This document shows, piece by piece, positions 60,160-64,000 of a stretch of 64,000 nt of DNA. Below the pieces are notes generated by a model. The model had not been told where the DNA came from, did not search any database, and worked only from the letters and a program-made list of their open reading frames with translations. This DNA is from an uncultured Candidatus Micrarchaeota archaeon. GTDB lineage: Archaea > Micrarchaeota > Micrarchaeia > Burarchaeales > Fermentimicrarchaeaceae. Each line of letters starts with the position of its first letter. The stretch's first letter is position 1. The stretch covers positions 128,001-192,000 of the forward strand of contig CAVXDX010000008.1 of assembly GCA_963760615.1 (NCBI GenBank), written 5' to 3'. Both the position numbers and the translations under genes were made by a program.

Positions 60160-62007
60160 TCACGCCTTATCCTTCAACATGATTCTTGGGAACACGCCAA
60201 TTGCCTTTATCTCATCCAGCAGAAGCTTGAATGCGTAGCTTATCTCAATCGGATACAGTTCATCAGCCTCAGCACAGAGTGGGCAGTAGCTTTTGTTCCT
60301 TATGTAATCTGTCACCGCAACAGAGCCGCACTTCGCGCAGATGAGCTCTGTGGTCTTGTCAGACTCCTCCAGCATCCTCTCCTTCAGAAGCATGCTCGCT
60401 CCATGCCCAATGAGGCAGTCCCTTTCCATCTCCCCGAATCTCAAGCCTCCCTCCCTTGCCCTTCCCTCGGTTGGCTGGTGTGTCAGGAGCTGCACAGGCC
60501 CCCTGCTTCTCACGTGCATCTTGTTTGAAACCAAGTGATGTAGCTTCTGGTAGTATACGACTCCAACGAATATTTCAGCTTCTATGGCCTCCCCGCTTAT
60601 TCCATCATAGAGGCGCTCCTTCCCGTCCTTCTTGAATCCATAACTCTCGAGAATTTTTGAGAATCCTTCCTCCGTGTCTCCGTTGAATGCAGTCCCATCC
60701 ATTATCTTCCCGCTGAGAGCCGATGCCTTCCCTCCCAGCATCTCCAAAATATGACCTGCAGTCATTCTTGAGGGAATGGCATGGGGGTTTATTATCAGAT
60801 CAGGAACGACGCCCTGTTCTGTGAAAGGCATGTCCTCCTGGTTTGCGAGAAGGCCAATCACCCCTTTCTGGCCATGCCTTGAGGCGAACTTGTCACCTGC
60901 TTCAGGTATTTTTACGCTCCTCACCTTGACTTTGACAAGCTTGTTGCCTGAAGGACTCTCTGTGAGCAGAACAGAATCGACAGACCCCTCCTCGCCTTCC
61001 TTTACAACAGCGGAGTTCTCCCTTTTCTTTTCCTCAGCGATGCCGAACCCGCTGACCTCCTCAAGGAATCTTGGCGGGGATGTTTTTCCAACGAGCACAT
61101 CCTTTGCCTTCACCTCAGCCTCCGGGAAGATTATCCCATCCTCCCCAAGCTTGGAGTACATCGCTTCCTCCCTGTAGCCTGCCACAGTGGGCTGGGGAAT
61201 CTCAAACTTGTCCTTCTGCCCTCCTGGGTACCTCCTCTCCTCAGTTTCGTATGTTTTGTAGAAGACAGACCTACCCAGCGCCCTGTCAACTGAATTCCTG
61301 TTTATCACAACTCCGTCTCCCATATTGTAGCCGTAGTAGGTTGCAACTGCAACAACAAAGTTCTGCCCGCACGGCCTCTTTGAAAGTTTCAAATTCCTGT
61401 AAGGCCTTGTCTGAACAAGGGGCGCCTGAGGGTAGTACATGAAATGCGCCCTGGAATCCATCCTTATGTTGAAGCTGCTCGCATACAGGCCAAGCGACTG
61501 CTTGCTCATGGCACAAGCCATTGTGATCCTTGGGGATGAGTTGTACTCCGGGAATGGGAGCTGCGCAACTGTCACCCCAACTATGGAGACGGGGTCTATC
61601 TCAAGATGAGTATGCTCCTCGGTGAGCTCCTCCTCCCTTGTTGCCACGTATGCATTCTCCTCCTCCTCAGCATCAAGGTACTCTATTATGCCGTTGCTCA
61701 CCAGGTAGTCCCACGAAAACTCCCTCTTCTTCAGCTTCTCAACTATGTCTGGGGTGAGCTTGCTCTTTCCATTCTCAACAACTATGTAAGGTCTCCTCGC
61801 CCTGCCGCTGTCTGTGTTTATATACAGGGCTCTGTCCCTGGGGAAATGGGCGAAGTTGACCTGCCTGCTTACTGCTCCTGTCCTTCTTTTTTCTCTCAGG
61901 GATGTCACAAGCGCATTCCCTTTCTCATGAAAGCCGATAAGCCTGCCGTTCAGATACACTGCAGTCTTGTACTTTGGTTTTTCCATACAATCACTCAAGT
62001 TTGACAT
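60160..62007 (-). CDS. rpoB1: RNA polymerase subunit B'
   Basis: GDKFASRHGQKG, NPHAIPSRMT, EGGLRFGEMERD. Confidence 0.97.
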   Translation of the reverse strand: MSNLSDCMEKPKYKTAVYLNGRLIGFHEKGNALVTSLREKRRTGAVSRQVNFAHFPRDRALYINTDSGRARRPYIVVENGKSKLTPDIVEKLKKREFSWDYLVSNGIIEYLDAEEEENAYVATREEELTEEHTHLEIDPVSIVGVTVAQLPFPEYNSSPRITMACAMSKQSLGLYASSFNIRMDSRAHFMYYPQAPLVQTRPYRNLKLSKRPCGQNFVVAVATYYGYNMGDGVVINRNSVDRALGRSVFYKTYETEERRYPGGQKDKFEIPQPTVAGYREEAMYSKLGEDGIIFPEAEVKAKDVLVGKTSPPRFLEEVSGFGIAEEKKRENSAVVKEGEEGSVDSVLLTESPSGNKLVKVKVRSVKIPEAGDKFASRHGQKGVIGLLANQEDMPFTEQGVVPDLIINPHAIPSRMTAGHILEMLGGKASALSGKIMDGTAFNGDTEEGFSKILESYGFKKDGKERLYDGISGEAIEAEIFVGVVYYQKLHHLVSNKMHVRSRGPVQLLTHQPTEGRAREGGLRFGEMERDCLIGHGASMLLKERMLEESDKTTELICAKCGSVAVTDYIRNKSYCPLCAEADELYPIEISYAFKLLLDEIKAIGVFPRIMLKDKA

Positions 62008-63454
62008 TCATTTTCTTCAGCATGTTCTCGATGTTGCCCTCAGTGTCTCCTGTTGATATGTCGCAGAGCAACGCCATGTTTTTCACAAGCGCGCATGAAG
62101 GTCCCTCTGGGGATTCATTCGGGCAGAGCTTGCCCCAGTGCGTCCCGTGCAGGTCCCTTGCCTTGAAGTGAGGGTGTCTCCTGCTCAGGGGGGAGATTAT
62201 CCTCCTGAGGTGCGATATGGTTGAGAGGTAGTTCGTCCTGTCGAGCAGCTGGGAGACGCCTGTCTGCCCCGCTATCCAGTTGCCTGTTGCCATTGAGTAT
62301 CTGATTCTCTCTGTGAGCGCATCTGGCCTCACAAGAGTCTGTATTACGAGCTTCCTACCTCTTGCAGATGCCCTCTCAACCTGATAAGCGATATCCTTTA
62401 TGAGGAATTGGAAAGCATACCTGAAGAGCTCCTCCATGAGGTTGCCTGCAAGCTTTATTCTCTTGTTTGCATAATGGTCCTTGTCATCCGAGGTGGAGTT
62501 GCCAGATGCAACATCAATTGCCTTCTCTGTCATCTTGCACAGGTAGTAAGCCTTCGCCAGCCTTATGCTTGAGTCCACACCGATGTGCGGCAGCAGGTAG
62601 TTGTCAACAAGTATCTCAGCTCTCTTAAGTTGGTAGACCTTAGCCTGCCCCACTGCTGCCTTTTTGCCAATCGCCTCCATGGCATTGGCGGTTCCCGTTG
62701 TCTGGTCAATCTCCATGTTAAGGAGTATGTCGTTCTGCACCTCAAGATCGTCGCTGAATGAGTTGAGTATATCCTGGTTGGGGTGCAACCCCAGGGCTCT
62801 CAGGATAGTTATGAGGTTCAAATCCTTTGGCGCAGCAGGGAAAACCACCGAAAGCTCCCCATTGGAGCTCCTCTCAACAACGCACCTGGCCCTGAAGCCG
62901 AACCTTGTTGAGAACACTTTTGAGGTCACAAGTGCGCCGTCCTTCTCCTTGGATACCATTATCCTGTTCGGAGCCAAATCTTCTATGCTCACGAGAACTC
63001 TCTCGCTGCCATTTATAACGAAATACCCGCCCGGGTCGTTAGGATCCTCCCCTGCCTCGATCAGCTCATCTTCAGTAAGGTTGTCCAGGTGGCACAGCTT
63101 GGATTTCAGCATCACGGGCAGCTCTCCTATGAACACTTCCTGGGGGTACCTTCTCTCTATGCCCCCAACTATCTGTATGAACTCCAGGAAGACAGGCGCT
63201 GCGTAGCTGAGGTTTCTCATCCTTGCCTCTGCAGGAAGGATCTGCCTCCTCGAGCCGTCTGCCTCCACTATGGTTGGCTTGTCCAGCCTCACACGGCCGA
63301 ACTTGAGCTTGTAATTCTCAACATTCGGGTCTATGGAGCCTATGTTGTCTATTATGTTTTGTATGCCATAGTCCACAAACTTATTGTAGGAGTCAAGGTG
63401 CTGCACGACGAGCTTGTTTTCCCTGAAGTACTCATCTACCAAGTCCCATTTCAT
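61991..63454 (-). CDS. rpoB2: RNA polymerase subunit B''
   Basis: GGYFVINGSERV, DDKDHYANKR, ARDLHGTHWG, ESPEG. Confidence 0.97.
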   Translation of the reverse strand: MKWDLVDEYFRENKLVVQHLDSYNKFVDYGIQNIIDNIGSIDPNVENYKLKFGRVRLDKPTIVEADGSRRQILPAEARMRNLSYAAPVFLEFIQIVGGIERRYPQEVFIGELPVMLKSKLCHLDNLTEDELIEAGEDPNDPGGYFVINGSERVLVSIEDLAPNRIMVSKEKDGALVTSKVFSTRFGFRARCVVERSSNGELSVVFPAAPKDLNLITILRALGLHPNQDILNSFSDDLEVQNDILLNMEIDQTTGTANAMEAIGKKAAVGQAKVYQLKRAEILVDNYLLPHIGVDSSIRLAKAYYLCKMTEKAIDVASGNSTSDDKDHYANKRIKLAGNLMEELFRYAFQFLIKDIAYQVERASARGRKLVIQTLVRPDALTERIRYSMATGNWIAGQTGVSQLLDRTNYLSTISHLRRIISPLSRRHPHFKARDLHGTHWGKLCPNESPEGPSCALVKNMALLCDISTGDTEGNIENMLKKMNVKLE

Positions 63455-63471
63455 ATTATCACTTCAAAAAT

Positions 63472-63708
63472 TTACTTCACAACTAGGCGGTAGTACAGAT
63501 TCTCTTTCGTGGGGTCTTTCCGGGTTATCTTTATTATGTCGCCTTCCTTTGCACCAAGAAGCCTGACCTGAGGGTCTTGCAGTTTTATTTTTGGAAGCTT
63601 CTGCACATCCACTCCCAGAGAAGAAATAATTTCCTCGTGCTTGGATTTTGCCAGGATTTCATGCTTAGGAACAAGAAAATGGGATGTGTGAAAATCGGCA
63701 GAAGTCAA
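63472..63708 (-). CDS. rpoH: RNA polymerase subunit H
   Basis: HFLVPKHEIL, LPKIKLQDP, GDIIKITR, YYRLV; TTG start. Confidence 0.95.
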   Translation of the reverse strand: MTSADFHTSHFLVPKHEILAKSKHEEIISSLGVDVQKLPKIKLQDPQVRLLGAKEGDIIKITRKDPTKENLYYRLVVK

Positions 63709-63950
63709 TCTACCACCTAAGCTGGAGTTAACCTACTATTTAGGTCGCCAAGCTTTTTAAAGCTATCGTTAGAAAAGCTACGCTAATAGCACTCTATGGA
63801 ACTTGAACGCTTTTTCTAAACAAACTTCACCTTCTTTGCGTTTGTAGAATTAGTTACAACTTATATTTAAAGATAACTCCGTCATCTAGCGAGCAATGCT
63901 TCCGCGGGTGGGTAAACAGCTATTTAAATCACTGAAAGTATAATTTTATC

Positions 63951-64000
63951 ATGCCTGTTGAGAAATTCGAGAAGCCACCAGTGTCAGAAGAGAAAACAAT
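63951..64000 (+). CDS. Start of an ORF truncated by the window edge
   Basis: ATG after a TATTTAAA box; MPVEKFEKPPVSEEKT, open to the end. Confidence 0.4.
   Translation, partial: MPVEKFEKPPVSEEKT

Overview
Archaeal chromosomal window, probably DPANN and most like Micrarchaeota (inferred from the split rpoB''/B' and rpoA'/A'', thyX and gene order; not verified). It is mostly housekeeping: intein-containing MCM, aIF2b/aIF1A/RIO1/KH/topo VI, enolase, valS, aCPSF1, proteasome beta, glmS, pdxST, sufS, and the rpoH-B''-B'-A'-A''-L30e-nusA-S12-S7-EF2 cluster. Five tRNAs are present (Asn with an intron, His, Leu, Thr, Pro). Observations beyond the ORF track: (1) two related non-coding IS200/IS605 (tnpB)-like derivatives of 251 bp and 60 bp share TTTCAC|CGGAAAGTTACC on the left and GCATGTCAC on the right; the long one keeps a TATA box and an omegaRNA-like scaffold but no TnpB ORF. 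(2) A ~1 kb integrase-free island at tRNA-Asn is bounded by a perfect 20-bp repeat of the tRNA 3' end and has a repeated motif-hairpin-tRNA-end unit at both ends. (3) A methanogen-type homocysteine-synthesis triad whose DUF39 protein appears to lack one conserved Cys. (4) A TPR-AAA ATPase and a TadC-like gene converge on seven prepilin-like genes. (5) Two genes appear to start at CTG and ACG. Frameshifts in rio1 and top6B/A look like sequence errors. No CRISPR array or rRNA was found.
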